64,000 nt of DNA from Clostridiaceae bacterium (lineage in GTDB: Bacteria > Bacillota > Clostridia > DSM-8532): positions 7,809-71,808 of the forward strand of contig JAAYMA010000058.1 of NCBI GenBank assembly GCA_012521615.1, given 5' to 3'. The notes beneath the pieces are model-generated. The model was given only the letters and a program-made list of their open reading frames with translations, had not been told where the DNA came from and did not search any database. A program made the translations under genes and the position numbers. This document shows positions 1 through 13,585 of the stretch, one piece after another. Numbering within the stretch: position 1 is the stretch's first letter; the number at the start of each line of letters is the position of its first letter.

Positions 1-558
1 TTTGTCAGAAGCGGCTGTGGCTCCGGAAATACTTCGCAATTATACAAATAATTGAAACGGCGTGCAATTTCACGGGTAAGTTCCAGATGTGGAAGCTGGT
101 CCTCACCCACAGGAACATACTTTGCCTTATAAATCAGTATATCAGAGGACATAAGACACGGATAACCCAGAAAACCATATGTGGTAATATTCTTGTCTTT
201 CAGCTGGCTTATCTGGTCCTTATATGTCGGACATCTGTAAAGCCATGAAAGGGGAAGGTTCATAGAAAGCAACAGGTGCAGTTCTGCATGTTCCCTTACA
301 TTGCTCTGCACGAAAATTGTGCACTTTTCAGGGTCAAGACCAGCAGCAAGCCAATCTATCAAAACATTGGTAATGTTATCCTTAAAGTCTGCTGTATCCT
401 CATAACCTGTGGTTAAAGCATGATAATCAGCTACGAAAAAATAGCACTCATACTCGTCCTGCAGTTTTACCCAGTTTTCCAGGGCACCGAAATAATTGCC
501 CAAATGCAAAGCTCCCGTAGGTCTCATTCCGCTTAAAACTATATCTTTTTTCTGCATC
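1..558 (-). CDS. trpS: Tryptophan--tRNA ligase, N-terminal part (gene runs off the left edge)
   Basis: Absent from the ORF track because there is no stop in the window. Minus-strand ATG at 556-558 follows a GGGAG SD 8 nt upstream. Translation MQKKDIVLSGMRPTGALHLGNYFGALENWVKLQDEYECYFFVADYHALT carries the class I HIGH-type motif typical of TrpRS. Confidence 0.85.
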
Positions 559-677
559 TATTTCACTCCCAGAGTATTGTTTCCGTATTATTACATAATA
601 TGTTACAACAAAGTTTGCTCAATTGTCCAGTAAAAGCAAACATTGCTTTATTTTGAGCCAGCGGCAAAATTACATTA

Positions 678-1355
678 TTACATCCCGAAAATCAGACGTA
701 CTGTTAATACCATGCTGTCATAAATCGGCATGGCAAAAAAATTTATGAACCTGCTGAAGAGATTATCAGGAAGAACCACTACCAGCAAGAGGAAGGCAAG
801 CCCTATGAATTGTTCATATCTGGCAAAGCGATAATAGCTTTCCTCGGGTATGACCGAGGACAGTATCCTTGAACCGTCCAGCGGTGGGACCGGTATGAGA
901 TTGAATACCGCAAGACTGATATTAACAAAGATAAATGCCTGCAGAAACTCTGTTCCGTAAATCAAAACATCTGCCATTGTCATAGAGTTTATAACAATAA
1001 TTCCGACATTGACCAGCTTGACTATCAGTCCCCATATAAACATACCCAAAAATGCCAGAACCAGATTAGAAAGCGGACCTGCCAGGGATATCAGCAGCAG
1101 ACCGGTGCGCCTGTTTTTTAAGTATGTTGAATTTACAGGTACAGGCCTTGCCCAGCCTACTCCGACAAGGAACATCATTAATACTCCCATTAAATCCAGA
1201 TGTTTAAAAGGGTTTAATGTCAGCCTGCCTGCATATTTTGCTGTAGGGTCCCCCATCCTATATGCTACCCATCCATGTGCGAATTCATGGACCGGAAGCG
1301 CTATAAAAAGTATGGGAATCATCATTATGATATTTCTGAGTGAAATTGAATTCAT
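678..1355 (-). CDS. Site-2 protease family (peptidase M50) membrane metalloprotease
   Basis: HEFAHG zinc motif, several hydrophobic segments and a PPLDGSR motif. ORF track gives 678..1373 (TTG); the ATG at 1355 has GGAG 8 nt upstream. Confidence 0.8.
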   Translation of the reverse strand: MNSISLRNIIMMIPILFIALPVHEFAHGWVAYRMGDPTAKYAGRLTLNPFKHLDLMGVLMMFLVGVGWARPVPVNSTYLKNRRTGLLLISLAGPLSNLVLAFLGMFIWGLIVKLVNVGIIVINSMTMADVLIYGTEFLQAFIFVNISLAVFNLIPVPPLDGSRILSSVIPEESYYRFARYEQFIGLAFLLLVVVLPDNLFSRFINFFAMPIYDSMVLTVRLIFGM

Positions 1356-1369
1356 CTTATTTACTCCAT

Positions 1370-1765
1370 TCAAAACCGATTAATAAAAAAATCAATAACG
1401 GGCTGCCAGAAAATCAATATACCTGCTATAACAGCAATAACAGCGCTTACAAGTACAGCCGCAGCTCCGATATCCTTCACCCTTCCCGCCTGTTCACAAT
1501 ATTCGGTGGTAACCATATCTGTCAGTTTTTCTATGGCTGTATTCAACATTTCACTTACAAATACAATACCTATTACCAGTGTCAGGCATATCCAGCGAAT
1601 AAAATCAATACCAAATATGAAACCTGCCGCAATAACAACCGCTGTACAAGTTACATGAATAATTAAATTTCTTTCACTTTTCAGGGCTTCACATATGCCA
1701 TTGAAAGCATTTTTAAAGCTCTCACACAATGTTTTATTCTTATATTTGCCTTTGTCACAACTCAT
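1370..1765 (-). CDS. dgkA: Diacylglycerol/undecaprenol kinase family protein
   Basis: 131 aa with 3 TM segments and a DgkA-like core (ERNLIIH...VSEMLNTAIEKLTD). Sits in the conserved ybeY-dgkA order. Confidence 0.8.
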   Translation of the reverse strand: MSCDKGKYKNKTLCESFKNAFNGICEALKSERNLIIHVTCTAVVIAAGFIFGIDFIRWICLTLVIGIVFVSEMLNTAIEKLTDMVTTEYCEQAGRVKDIGAAAVLVSAVIAVIAGILIFWQPVIDFFINRF

Positions 1766-1767
1766 TT

Positions 1768-2271
1768 TTATTCCCTTTTCAGACCGATTTCCTCAAGTAC
1801 AGCTCTTTGCCTTTCAATCATAATTGCTTCCTCTTCTTTATTCATATGATCATGCCCTAAAAGATGAAGCATGCCATGAACTGCCAGAAAAACAATTTCA
1901 CGGTCAAATGAGTGGCCATAGTCATTTGCCTGCGCTTCTGCCCTTTCAACCGAGATTATTATATCGCCCAGTGAAATTCTGTCGGTTTCGGGATCAATAT
2001 CGCCGGGTAAAATTATCGGTACTCTGTCATTATATTCTAACAAAGGAAAGGATAATACATCAGTGGGCCTGTCCATCTGCCGAAATTCCCTGTTTATCTC
2101 ATGGATGGCGTTGTCATCGGTCAGAGTAATATATACCTCCCAGGGATAAGGAAAACCTTCAAGCTGGGCGCATAATTTTACAGCCTTTTTTATAAGATTC
2201 AAAGTCTCACTTTCTATCTTCTTTTTCTTCTGCCTGTTATACAATATCACTTTCACAGATAGCGCCTCCAC
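1768..2271 (-). CDS. ybeY: rRNA maturation endoribonuclease YbeY
   Basis: [11 protein letters not shown] zinc motif. The ORF begins with GTG at 2271; an alternative GTG at 2256 has GGAGG 8 nt upstream. Confidence 0.9.
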   Translation of the reverse strand: MEALSVKVILYNRQKKKKIESETLNLIKKAVKLCAQLEGFPYPWEVYITLTDDNAIHEINREFRQMDRPTDVLSFPLLEYNDRVPIILPGDIDPETDRISLGDIIISVERAEAQANDYGHSFDREIVFLAVHGMLHLLGHDHMNKEEEAIMIERQRAVLEEIGLKRE

Positions 2272-2277
2272 AAATAA

Positions 2278-4473
2278 CTATTGGGTCAATTCACCATATA
2301 CGCTTTTGTCCAGTTCATCAAGAGTATTTTTCTTTTCAAGCTCAGGATACATCAAGCGTTCATGGAAAACCCCGCTAAGCCCCTGAACAAAGCAGTCTTC
2401 AATAATACCAAGATCTTTAAGGGTAAGATCACATCTGTCAAGCTGACCATCGTCCAGCTTGTCCTTGATAATTTTGTGTATCAACCCTTCAATTTTGCCC
2501 TGCGTTTTCTCTGGCAGGGAACGCACTGCAGCCTCTACAGAATCAGCCAGCATAACTACAGCTGCTTCACGGGTCTGAGGCTTGGGACCTTCATACCTGA
2601 AACTTTCTTCTTTGATTTCCTCAGCTTTTTCACCCTGCTTTGCCTTATGATAGAAATAGGCCACAAGAGTAGTCCCGTGATGTTGCACGATTATCTCCCT
2701 TATAACCTTGGGAAGCCGGTATTTTAAAGCCAGTTCTTCACCATCTTTTGTATGGGATGTTATTACAAGAGTGCTCAAATTTGGCGTTAATTTGTCGTGG
2801 GGATTTTCTGACAACTGATTTTCCTTAAAGAAATTAGGCCGCTTCAGTTTGCCCACGTCATGGAAATAAGCTCCTACCCTTGCCAGCAAAGGATTTCCCC
2901 CTATTTCGCGTGTTGCCACCTCAGCAAGATTTCCCACCATAAGACTATGGTGATAAGTTCCCGGAGCCTCCATCAAAAGGCGTTTTAAAAGCGGGTGATT
3001 GGGATCGGTAAGTTCCAGGAGTTTTAAGGGGGTCACCACATTAAATGAACTTTCAAGGAACGGCAGAATTCCCATTGCCAGAATAATTGACAATATTCCA
3101 TTGACGAAAACCAGACCACCGTCATGTATGAGATTTCTGGCACTTTCCTTGTCAATAACACCAGTTAAAACAATTACAAACGCATTTATAACACCGAGTA
3201 TTACTCCTGAAAGCGAAATCTTTCTTCTCTGTGTGGCACCAACCGAAAAAAACGCTGCAAAAGAACCGCCTATCAGCGCCATTAACATGAATTTATGGTC
3301 TCCACCTATCATAAGATTATAGGAGAATGTAAGAAGTATATTGACCGTTATGGCCGGTTCCACCCCCAGGAATATGGCAATCAGCACAGGTGCGATAAAT
3401 ACTGGCATCAAAAGAAACGAAATATCGGGTAAAAATCTCCTGAATGCCCACGCAAAAAGGGTGGTTATCAGAATTACCACACACATCAGCATAACCGAGT
3501 TTTTATCAAAATAAAGTTTGGGATGGAAATTCCGCAAATATATAGTTGATATAATGAGCAATCCAAGAATAATCAGGAAAACCGCCATATAAAGAAGATA
3601 ATCAGGTTTTCCTTCATTGTCTATGTAATTGAGTTCTTTCAAAACTGCATATATATCTTCAGTAACTACATTATCCTTACTGATAATCCGTTCACCTTTA
3701 TATATGATTATGGGATGTTCATTGATATAACTTTCAATAAAGGCATCCCTTTGTTCCTGTGTAGCTTTTTCATCAATCTGGCTGTTGGCCTTCACGGTTT
3801 TATTCAAAATGTCGCGGGCCAGAATCTTTATGCCCTCATTTTCAAACCTCATTTCGATTTGAGCAAGACTTACCGCTTTTTCCTGCGCCAGATTCTCATC
3901 CATGAGATTCCTGGAAGTCAAAGCAGGAAGAGTTTCCTTTATAATAATATTTTTCAGATTTTGAAGTTCCTCTTCCCCTTCATCAGTAAAAAGATACTGC
4001 CTGTTTAGAACACTCATGTTAAACAGTACCTGAAACTTTTTATCAGGGTCATGGTTCCTGATCTTTTCATCCAGGGACAAATAAGACTGATCTTCTTTGA
4101 CAGATGAGATGAGCCTTCCAAGTTCGTCAAAATATTCATAAGCACCATTGAACATATCACTGTTGGCTTTTAATATCGGAATTAGTACAGGTTCAAGCTT
4201 TTTAGCCTGTTCCTCTGCATTCTGCCTTGTTTTTATTTTGTTTTCTATATCACTCGGCGCCTGTATATCAACTTTGGAGACTTCCCCCACCGAAAGCATA
4301 TATTTCTTGGGAGCAGCCTCATATGCCACAACAGTTGACAAAACAAGCCAGGTAATTGCCAGTATCATTATCCGCTGAAAAGAAGCGCTTCTCAAATATT
4401 TCTGAAACCTGATGTCTACGTTTTTCCTACGTTTCTTCACCATTGACATCCCTGCCTTTAGCATCCTCTTCAT
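2278..4473 (-). CDS. 7TM-receptor/HD-domain phosphohydrolase (PgpH/YqfF-like)
   Basis: 731 aa with an N-terminal extracellular region, a multi-TM block and a C-terminal HD domain (HHSLMVG...YFHDVGK). Conserved phoH-pgpH-ybeY order. The start may be an internal Met at 4449 or 4443. Confidence 0.8.
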   Translation of the reverse strand: MKRMLKAGMSMVKKRRKNVDIRFQKYLRSASFQRIMILAITWLVLSTVVAYEAAPKKYMLSVGEVSKVDIQAPSDIENKIKTRQNAEEQAKKLEPVLIPILKANSDMFNGAYEYFDELGRLISSVKEDQSYLSLDEKIRNHDPDKKFQVLFNMSVLNRQYLFTDEGEEELQNLKNIIIKETLPALTSRNLMDENLAQEKAVSLAQIEMRFENEGIKILARDILNKTVKANSQIDEKATQEQRDAFIESYINEHPIIIYKGERIISKDNVVTEDIYAVLKELNYIDNEGKPDYLLYMAVFLIILGLLIISTIYLRNFHPKLYFDKNSVMLMCVVILITTLFAWAFRRFLPDISFLLMPVFIAPVLIAIFLGVEPAITVNILLTFSYNLMIGGDHKFMLMALIGGSFAAFFSVGATQRRKISLSGVILGVINAFVIVLTGVIDKESARNLIHDGGLVFVNGILSIILAMGILPFLESSFNVVTPLKLLELTDPNHPLLKRLLMEAPGTYHHSLMVGNLAEVATREIGGNPLLARVGAYFHDVGKLKRPNFFKENQLSENPHDKLTPNLSTLVITSHTKDGEELALKYRLPKVIREIIVQHHGTTLVAYFYHKAKQGEKAEEIKEESFRYEGPKPQTREAAVVMLADSVEAAVRSLPEKTQGKIEGLIHKIIKDKLDDGQLDRCDLTLKDLGIIEDCFVQGLSGVFHERLMYPELEKKNTLDELDKSVYGELTQ

Positions 4474-5410
4474 ATGCTTTTATAATACGCTGAACCAGTT
4501 CGTGTCTCACTACATCCTTTTCAGATAGGTATATAAAAGACACGCCGTCAACATTTTTTAAAATTCTTCTTGCCTCATTCAACCCGGATTTTTTATCCCT
4601 GGGAAGATCTACTTGTGTAATATCTCCTGTAATGACCATTCTTGAACCTGTTCCCATACGCGTCAGGAACATCTTCATCTGCTCAGGCGTAGTATTCTGA
4701 GCTTCATCCAGAATAATGAATGCATCATCCAGTGTCCTTCCGCGCATATAAGCCAGTGGAGCCACTTCAATCACACCTTTTTCCAGGTTGGTGTGATAGG
4801 TCTCAGGACCCATAATTTGATACAGGGCATCATACAGGGGACGCAGATAGGGATCCACTTTATTTTGGAGATCGCCTGGCAGAAAACCAAGTCTTTCACC
4901 TGCTTCAACAGCCGGTCTGGTCAATATGATACGGTGCACCAGCTTTTCCCTGAATGCCTTTACAGCCATTGCCACTGCAAGAAAAGTTTTCCCGGTACCT
5001 GCCGGACCTATCCCGAAAACTACCGGATTACGGCGAATAGCATCCACATATCTTTTCTGATTATAAGTTTTGGATTTTATGGGCTTACCCCGATAAGTCA
5101 GACATATCAAATCAAACGGAAGATCATGGTTATTCAGTCTTTCCTCATCAGTAAGATCAAGAAGGTAACGTACGTTCTGCTCGGTTATGGTATTACCCTC
5201 TTCGGCCATCAACAATAATTTTTGCAATACATCCACAGCAGTGTCAGCACGGCTTTCAAAGCCCGTAATATGCAATTCATTATTTCTGGCTGTTATTTTC
5301 ACTTCCAGTCTGTCCTCGATAATTCTCAGGTTTTTATCATTCGTCCCGAATATATTTGCCAGCTGCTCCGGAGCCGGCACATCTATTTGTCTTTCTACAA
5401 CTGTACTCAA
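4427..5410 (-). CDS. phoH: PhoH family ATPase
   Basis: Walker A GPAGTGKT and PhoH-like core (LDEAQNTT, ITGDITQVDLP). A TTG at 5410 has AGGAAGG 6 nt upstream and removes the overlap with yqfD. ORF track gives 4427..5443. Confidence 0.85.
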   Translation of the reverse strand: MSTVVERQIDVPAPEQLANIFGTNDKNLRIIEDRLEVKITARNNELHITGFESRADTAVDVLQKLLLMAEEGNTITEQNVRYLLDLTDEERLNNHDLPFDLICLTYRGKPIKSKTYNQKRYVDAIRRNPVVFGIGPAGTGKTFLAVAMAVKAFREKLVHRIILTRPAVEAGERLGFLPGDLQNKVDPYLRPLYDALYQIMGPETYHTNLEKGVIEVAPLAYMRGRTLDDAFIILDEAQNTTPEQMKMFLTRMGTGSRMVITGDITQVDLPRDKKSGLNEARRILKNVDGVSFIYLSEKDVVRHELVQRIIKAYEEDAKGRDVNGEET

Positions 5411-5423
5411 TAAAATCCTTCCT

Positions 5424-6644
5424 TTATTCAATAACAGGTTCAAATCCTGCTATATCTTCTTCGCACTCTATAACAATCTGTATGTACATTTGACCACTGT
5501 CACTTTCGAAGAAATTAATCTTCTCATCCACAATCCTGCTGTCAGGAGGCAGTCTTTGTGCCAACTTTTGTCTGACAGTTTCTTCTGCTATGCTTTTTGC
5601 TTCGTCCAAGGTCAAATCTATCTTATTTTCAATTATTTCAAAGCTTTTTTCTATGGTCAACCCTATGGGCAGTTTTATTCCAAAGGGTCCGGTTAAAATT
5701 TTATCATATGATGAAGTTTCATAAATTTCAAATGGTATTTTTTTGCCCGGTAATTTGATTTTTTCATCTAAGAATTTCAAATATACTGTTTTATGTTCAT
5801 TTCCGGTTTTAATCCGTTGCGTATATTCCATGGAGACCGGAAGTGAGCTTTCATACCATGTTCTTGCTATAACCCGCCCAAGGGCATGGACCTCCTTTGA
5901 TCCAAAATCCCCGCCCAGGTCAGGCCGTTGATTTTCTATTTTGCCGGATACCAGAAGCTGACCTTTCCGGACTGTGTCCCCTTCCTTGACCAGTGCATTT
6001 CCTGCATATACCTCCATTTTGACAATCAGCCCGTCACGTTCTGCCACAATATTGTAAGGCTGATTACTTTGAATTAATTTTGGTACCGAGATACTGTCTT
6101 CTATGCTGACAGTGAGCTTAACTCCTCTTATTTCCACTCCTGCCCACGCAATACCATCGACCTGCATTACAATTTCCTGAGCTATTTTTTTGGGGTCGAG
6201 CCCCATCTTGAATCTTCCTCTTTTAACTCTTTCATTTTCCAATATTTTCATTATTCCGGGAACCTGCTCAGGCTTGCATCCGGTTATTTCTATTTCCCAG
6301 ATTATTGATGTCGAAATCAGAAAGAGGAAAACAAATATGGCAAAGCCAATTTTAAATCCCCTTCTCTTTCTAAGCCTGGCCAAAACAAAAGGGAAACCGC
6401 ATTTTTTCACAATACGCACTCTGCAGGCCGATTTTTTGGCCGCCGGCCTCATATGCCTGAAACCTCTGAGGCTTGCCTTCATTACAGCCGATTCATGGTC
6501 TTTTCTTTCAATGTCCCATAAAAGTATCTGACGCCTTGAACAAATATTGATAAAGCGCTCAATACTCTTTCCTGTAACAACAATGATAACATAACCTCTT
6601 ATATAATTCCATAAATACACGAGAAACATGACAAATTCACTCAC
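5424..6644 (-). CDS. yqfD: Sporulation protein YqfD
   Basis: 406 aa with one central TM. The N-terminus (GYVIIVVTGKSIERFINICSRRQI) resembles B. subtilis YqfD, and the yqfC-yqfD-phoH order is conserved. Confidence 0.8.
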   Translation of the reverse strand: MSEFVMFLVYLWNYIRGYVIIVVTGKSIERFINICSRRQILLWDIERKDHESAVMKASLRGFRHMRPAAKKSACRVRIVKKCGFPFVLARLRKRRGFKIGFAIFVFLFLISTSIIWEIEITGCKPEQVPGIMKILENERVKRGRFKMGLDPKKIAQEIVMQVDGIAWAGVEIRGVKLTVSIEDSISVPKLIQSNQPYNIVAERDGLIVKMEVYAGNALVKEGDTVRKGQLLVSGKIENQRPDLGGDFGSKEVHALGRVIARTWYESSLPVSMEYTQRIKTGNEHKTVYLKFLDEKIKLPGKKIPFEIYETSSYDKILTGPFGIKLPIGLTIEKSFEIIENKIDLTLDEAKSIAEETVRQKLAQRLPPDSRIVDEKINFFESDSGQMYIQIVIECEEDIAGFEPVIE

Positions 6645-6646
6645 TT

Positions 6647-6961
6647 CTAAGCGTCATAGTCAATATTCGAAATTTTTCCTCCAATAATCATCTCTTCGCT
6701 TGTAATCTCACGTATTTTTAAATTTGTTCCTGTTATTTTTATAACTCCATTATTTGTACTTATCCTGATCATTCCATCCTTGAAATCCATTATCCCTTTG
6801 AAATTCTCAACCAGGACTTCGCCTCTTCCTATGGCTGTTACCCGCGGGTGACTGCCTACAACATCCTCAGGTATTTCAAAAATCCTGGCGAGTTTTTCAC
6901 CGAGACTTGGACCGGGTTCTTTACTGCTTTCCCGTTTAATTCTATAAATTCTGCGTTTCAT
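6647..6961 (-). CDS. yqfC: Sporulation protein YqfC
   Basis: 104 aa located immediately upstream of yqfD. Its ATG overlaps the preceding stop (ATGA). Confidence 0.7.
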   Translation of the reverse strand: MKRRIYRIKRESSKEPGPSLGEKLARIFEIPEDVVGSHPRVTAIGRGEVLVENFKGIMDFKDGMIRISTNNGVIKITGTNLKIREITSEEMIIGGKISNIDYDA

Positions 6962-7878
6962 GGCCTTCCACCTCGCGCAAGTTCCTCCAGTTCATTTACA
7001 TCCCCGAATTCATATCCGTTTTCCCTGGCGTGATGTATTATTCTGTCCAGGGCTTCTGCATTATCCTTTGAGACTGCATGAAGCAGAATGATTGCACCAT
7101 TATGCAAATTCTGTGTTACTTTTTCAAAAGCGTATTCCCATCCTCTCTGCCGGTTAACCGCCCAGTCGTCATAGGCAAAACTCCAGAAAACATTGACATA
7201 ACCCAATCTTGAAGTAATCTCAAGAGTTTTTTCACTGTATTCACCCTTGGGCGGTCTTAAAAACACCATATTTTTGCCGTATTTTTGATAGAATTTTCTG
7301 TCCAGTCCGACCACTTCCTCTTCAAGGGACTTTTCATCTAAAAGCGGCAGGCTTTTATGATTAACAGTATGATTGCCTACCACATGACCCTCATCAATCA
7401 TCCGCCTAATAAGTTCATCTTCTTTTTCAAGGTAGGGACCGGTTACAAAAAAAATTGCATTGACCTTGTTCTCATAAAGAACATCAAGAATTTTAGGAGT
7501 ATACCCGTTTTCATATCCTTCATCAAAAGTAAGATATATTTTGGGTTTTTCAGTATCAGCAATGTATATCGAATTATATTTTGTAAGCAGTTCCGGGGTA
7601 CCCGGATCGGCTTTGGGAATTGCGCCGGGCTTGCCTCCTCTTCTTATGCCCCAGCTTCTGAGCCCCGTATAACTGTCATTAATACCAGAAGCGAAATATT
7701 CCGGATCGATATCAACATTTTCATTTCCTTCTGTAAGAGTTCCTGTAAGCTCCAGCGTGTATGACCAGGTCGATATATTGGGAAGCTCCCGGGAAAGAAA
7801 AAGACTGAATGCCAGTACAGCCAAAACAACGATTATCAGCAGTAAAATATTCTGATTTAATTTTTTCAATTCTGCCAC
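6958..7878 (-). CDS. pdaA: Polysaccharide deacetylase (NodB fold), PdaA-like delta-lactam-biosynthetic de-N-acetylase
   Basis: IYLTFDEGYENGYTPKILDVL...DEGHVVGNHTVNH closely resembles the PdaA signature TFDNGYENGYT. N-terminal TM anchor. GTG start at 7878, or TTG three codons later. Confidence 0.7.
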   Translation of the reverse strand: MAELKKLNQNILLLIIVVLAVLAFSLFLSRELPNISTWSYTLELTGTLTEGNENVDIDPEYFASGINDSYTGLRSWGIRRGGKPGAIPKADPGTPELLTKYNSIYIADTEKPKIYLTFDEGYENGYTPKILDVLYENKVNAIFFVTGPYLEKEDELIRRMIDEGHVVGNHTVNHKSLPLLDEKSLEEEVVGLDRKFYQKYGKNMVFLRPPKGEYSEKTLEITSRLGYVNVFWSFAYDDWAVNRQRGWEYAFEKVTQNLHNGAIILLHAVSKDNAEALDRIIHHARENGYEFGDVNELEELARGGRP

Positions 7879-7881
7879 CTT

Positions 7882-7905
7882 CCTGAGACTAAACCTGAGA
7901 CTAAA
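7882..7905. repeat. Perfect tandem duplication of a 12-mer (CCTGAGACTAAA x2)
   Basis: Read directly at 7882-7893 and 7894-7905, in the short leader between a terminator hairpin and the pdaA-like start. Confidence 0.9.
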
Positions 7906-7937
7906 AAAGAGCCATTGTTTATCAATGACTCTTTTTC
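7903..7937 (-). terminator. Intrinsic terminator after the DUF881 gene
   Basis: Minus sense: AAAAGAGTCATTG-ATAAA-CAATGGCTCTTTT followed by a T-rich run. One mismatch in the stem. Confidence 0.6.
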
Positions 7938-7997
7938 CCTATTAACATTATATTTATGTTTTATGCAGTAATTACTAATGGTTTTTAAATGAAGAAA

Positions 7998-8684
7998 TTA
8001 CTGGTCTACAGGAGTAAGCATATCAATAGGTATATCCCGCACAGCAGGAATTATCACATTTTTATCTCTTTTTATCTCCACCTCAAAATCATAGTATTCA
8101 AATTTATCCAATACACCAGCCAACAGTTTCAGGGAACTTTCCATTTTATCAGCATCACCTATAGCCTTTATCGTATAGGGAGGCACAAGTTGCCTTGCGT
8201 TAATCATAATATAATCTCCGGCATTTCTGATTTCACTCATTGCCACGATACGCTCGTCATTTACACTTATGGCCTGTACATCAGAAGCTTTAAGCTCATT
8301 GATCAGCTCTTCTATATGCCTGTCTTCAACAGGTATTAATCCGCCTGATTTTATAGTAATAACAAGTCCTTCACCCTTTACTGTCTCAAGCCCTGCCATA
8401 ATTCTGGCATTCAAAACCGCCTGTTGAAGCTCCTCCAGATATTGTTTATCTCCACGTTCATTATTTTTAAAAGCATCAACTTCCCTTTGAAGTTCCTGAA
8501 GCCGTGCTTTCAGATTCTCGTTATTTTCCTTTTCCATCAGCAGTTCATCTATTAATTGGTTGACATCTTCTTTCTCATACTGTGCCAGAACCTGGTTAGT
8601 TTTTACACTGCTATACTGCCAGGCAATTATTATTCCAAGTACCAGACAAACAAAAGTGAGGGATACGGTCCTAAAAGTCTTCAC
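7998..8684 (-). CDS. DUF881 domain protein (YlxW/YlxX-like)
   Basis: N-terminal TM, a coiled-coil stretch, then the DUF881 core (GEGLVITI...AISVNDERIV...PPYTIKAIGD). Confidence 0.75.
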   Translation of the reverse strand: MKTFRTVSLTFVCLVLGIIIAWQYSSVKTNQVLAQYEKEDVNQLIDELLMEKENNENLKARLQELQREVDAFKNNERGDKQYLEELQQAVLNARIMAGLETVKGEGLVITIKSGGLIPVEDRHIEELINELKASDVQAISVNDERIVAMSEIRNAGDYIMINARQLVPPYTIKAIGDADKMESSLKLLAGVLDKFEYYDFEVEIKRDKNVIIPAVRDIPIDMLTPVDQ

Positions 8685-9399
8685 TGTTTACCACCTCCAG
8701 GTCTTTGAAGACATCGTTCAGCGATTCATAAAGATGGTACCTGTCAATCCTTATCTCGTCTTCTTTGGAAACATCTATTCGTATACCTACAAGGCGCATG
8801 AATGCTACTGTGGGCATTGTATTTATTGCCTCATACAATATATCCGGATCTCCTATTGCTTTAATGACATATGGAGGCGGATATCTGTTGTTGTTAACAA
8901 TGATTGTCGGACCTGCGCAGACGGGTTTTGTATCAGTTACAACTCTCTCACCGTTTACCGAAATGGCCTGGGCACCGTTTGCCTTAAGCTCATCAAGGAT
9001 TTCATTGATATCCCTGTCATGAATAATATACTCATCAATTCTGAGCTCACCTATTTCGGGCGCATCTTCCATAATTATGACTATACCCTTTCCTTTGACA
9101 GGTGTGAGACCAGCCCGAAAGAATTCAAAATTACGCTTTTCCATAAGCCTTCCAATTTCATTGTTATTCAGTTTCTCACCTATATTTTTCAGCAATTGCT
9201 CCCGCTCGGCTTCCAGATTGTTTAACTCTTCTTGTAATCTGGCTTTTTCAGCCCTTTCAAATTCAAGTTCAGCTGCAAGCTCCTTGATAGTAATAGTCTC
9301 TTTGGAATCACTCTGGACTATGCTTCTGAATTGCACGCTTACAAGTATTCCAAATAATAAAAAGATTAAAAACATCATGCCGCGATGGCCTTTGTTCAT
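8671..9399 (-). CDS. DUF881 domain protein (paralogue of the downstream gene)
   Basis: Same architecture: TM, coiled coil, GKGIVIIM...AISVNGERVV...PPYVIKAIGD. Confidence 0.75.
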   Translation of the reverse strand: MNKGHRGMMFLIFLLFGILVSVQFRSIVQSDSKETITIKELAAELEFERAEKARLQEELNNLEAEREQLLKNIGEKLNNNEIGRLMEKRNFEFFRAGLTPVKGKGIVIIMEDAPEIGELRIDEYIIHDRDINEILDELKANGAQAISVNGERVVTDTKPVCAGPTIIVNNNRYPPPYVIKAIGDPDILYEAINTMPTVAFMRLVGIRIDVSKEDEIRIDRYHLYESLNDVFKDLEVVNSEDF

Positions 9400-9418
9400 A
9401 TCCGCCTGCCTTTCAAGT

Positions 9419-10483
9419 CTAAAGGAATTCTACAATCCTTTCGGTTTTTGATACCATAGTATCCACATATCGATTATTAACCAATACCACTGGTCGTGAA
9501 AAATCCATTTTATTCATAAAGACTACTTCGCCTATTTCCCCCGTATTCAACCGCACTGTTGAACCTATATAATAATTGGTTATATTCTTCAGGAATGTAT
9601 TAAGTACAACCGGGTCGAGTATGCCAAAACTTCCATGCTGCATAAGTTCAAAAACTTTAAACGGTGTGTCATTACTTTTGTACGGTCTTCTGGCGGTCAT
9701 TGCATCAAAGATGTCGGATACAGTAATTATCTTCGAATAAATATTGAGCTGATCTCCCGTCAGCCCCCCGGGATAGCCGCTTCCATCCTCTTTTTCATGA
9801 TGGGTAAGAATGGCGGCTGCCACTTCCTCAGGGATATCCTCCATCTCCTTAACAATATTATATCCGTATTCAGAGTGCTTTTTCATTTCCTCAAATTCTT
9901 CATCTGTCAGCTTTCCGGGCTTATTTAAAATATACGGGGAAATTTTTGTTTTGCCAATATCGTGGAGTAAACCCGCCATGGCTAAATTTTTTATATCCTG
10001 TTTACTGAGCTTAAGCCACTTACCTATTACTATACAGAGTAATGAGACATTTATGCTATGGTAATATGTGTATTCATCTATTCGCCTTACTTCCATTATT
10101 GAATCAATTGCAAGCCGGTTTGTGCCTGATGTGGAAGTCAAAGATTCTATAATGGGGTTCACTTCATTTATATCTATTTTTTTGCCCGAAGATATTTCAT
10201 TAAATATCTTCTTTGTCTCCTTAACATTCATCTCATATTCAAACTTGAACTGGAGTTGCCTGATGGACTCCTTACCTTCTTTTTGAATGTAAGTGACCTC
10301 TGGTTTCTCACTTAAAACGGCTACTGTTTGTATCCCCATATTTTTCAGGTGCTGAATCATGCTGTTGTTAAGAACAGTATTCTCCCATAATAACACACTG
10401 CCAAATCTGTTGAAAACCGCCTCAGCTGTAACCATCCCTGGCTTAAGAGAATCTACAGACAAAAACTTTTTAGTTGCATTCAT
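9419..10483 (-). CDS. HD-GYP domain protein (putative cyclic-di-GMP phosphodiesterase)
   Basis: HDIGK and HHEKEDGSGYP motifs in the C-terminal half. The N-terminal domain is unassigned. Confidence 0.8.
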   Translation of the reverse strand: MNATKKFLSVDSLKPGMVTAEAVFNRFGSVLLWENTVLNNSMIQHLKNMGIQTVAVLSEKPEVTYIQKEGKESIRQLQFKFEYEMNVKETKKIFNEISSGKKIDINEVNPIIESLTSTSGTNRLAIDSIMEVRRIDEYTYYHSINVSLLCIVIGKWLKLSKQDIKNLAMAGLLHDIGKTKISPYILNKPGKLTDEEFEEMKKHSEYGYNIVKEMEDIPEEVAAAILTHHEKEDGSGYPGGLTGDQLNIYSKIITVSDIFDAMTARRPYKSNDTPFKVFELMQHGSFGILDPVVLNTFLKNITNYYIGSTVRLNTGEIGEVVFMNKMDFSRPVVLVNNRYVDTMVSKTERIVEFL

Positions 10484-10571
10484 TTGTATAACCCCCAGGG
10501 TAAATAAATTACAGAAAATAATATCTCTATCAAATTTATCGTATATTACAGCTGTAAACTTAAGCTGGTCT

Positions 10572-13480
<2,909 letters not shown>

Positions 13481-13585
13481 ATGTCCACTCTCCGCAAAAT
13501 TTCTGTATTTAATATAATACACTAATTTATACGCGAAGAACAGAATAAATATAGAAAGATTCAGAAAGTCTTTCACTGCATAAAC

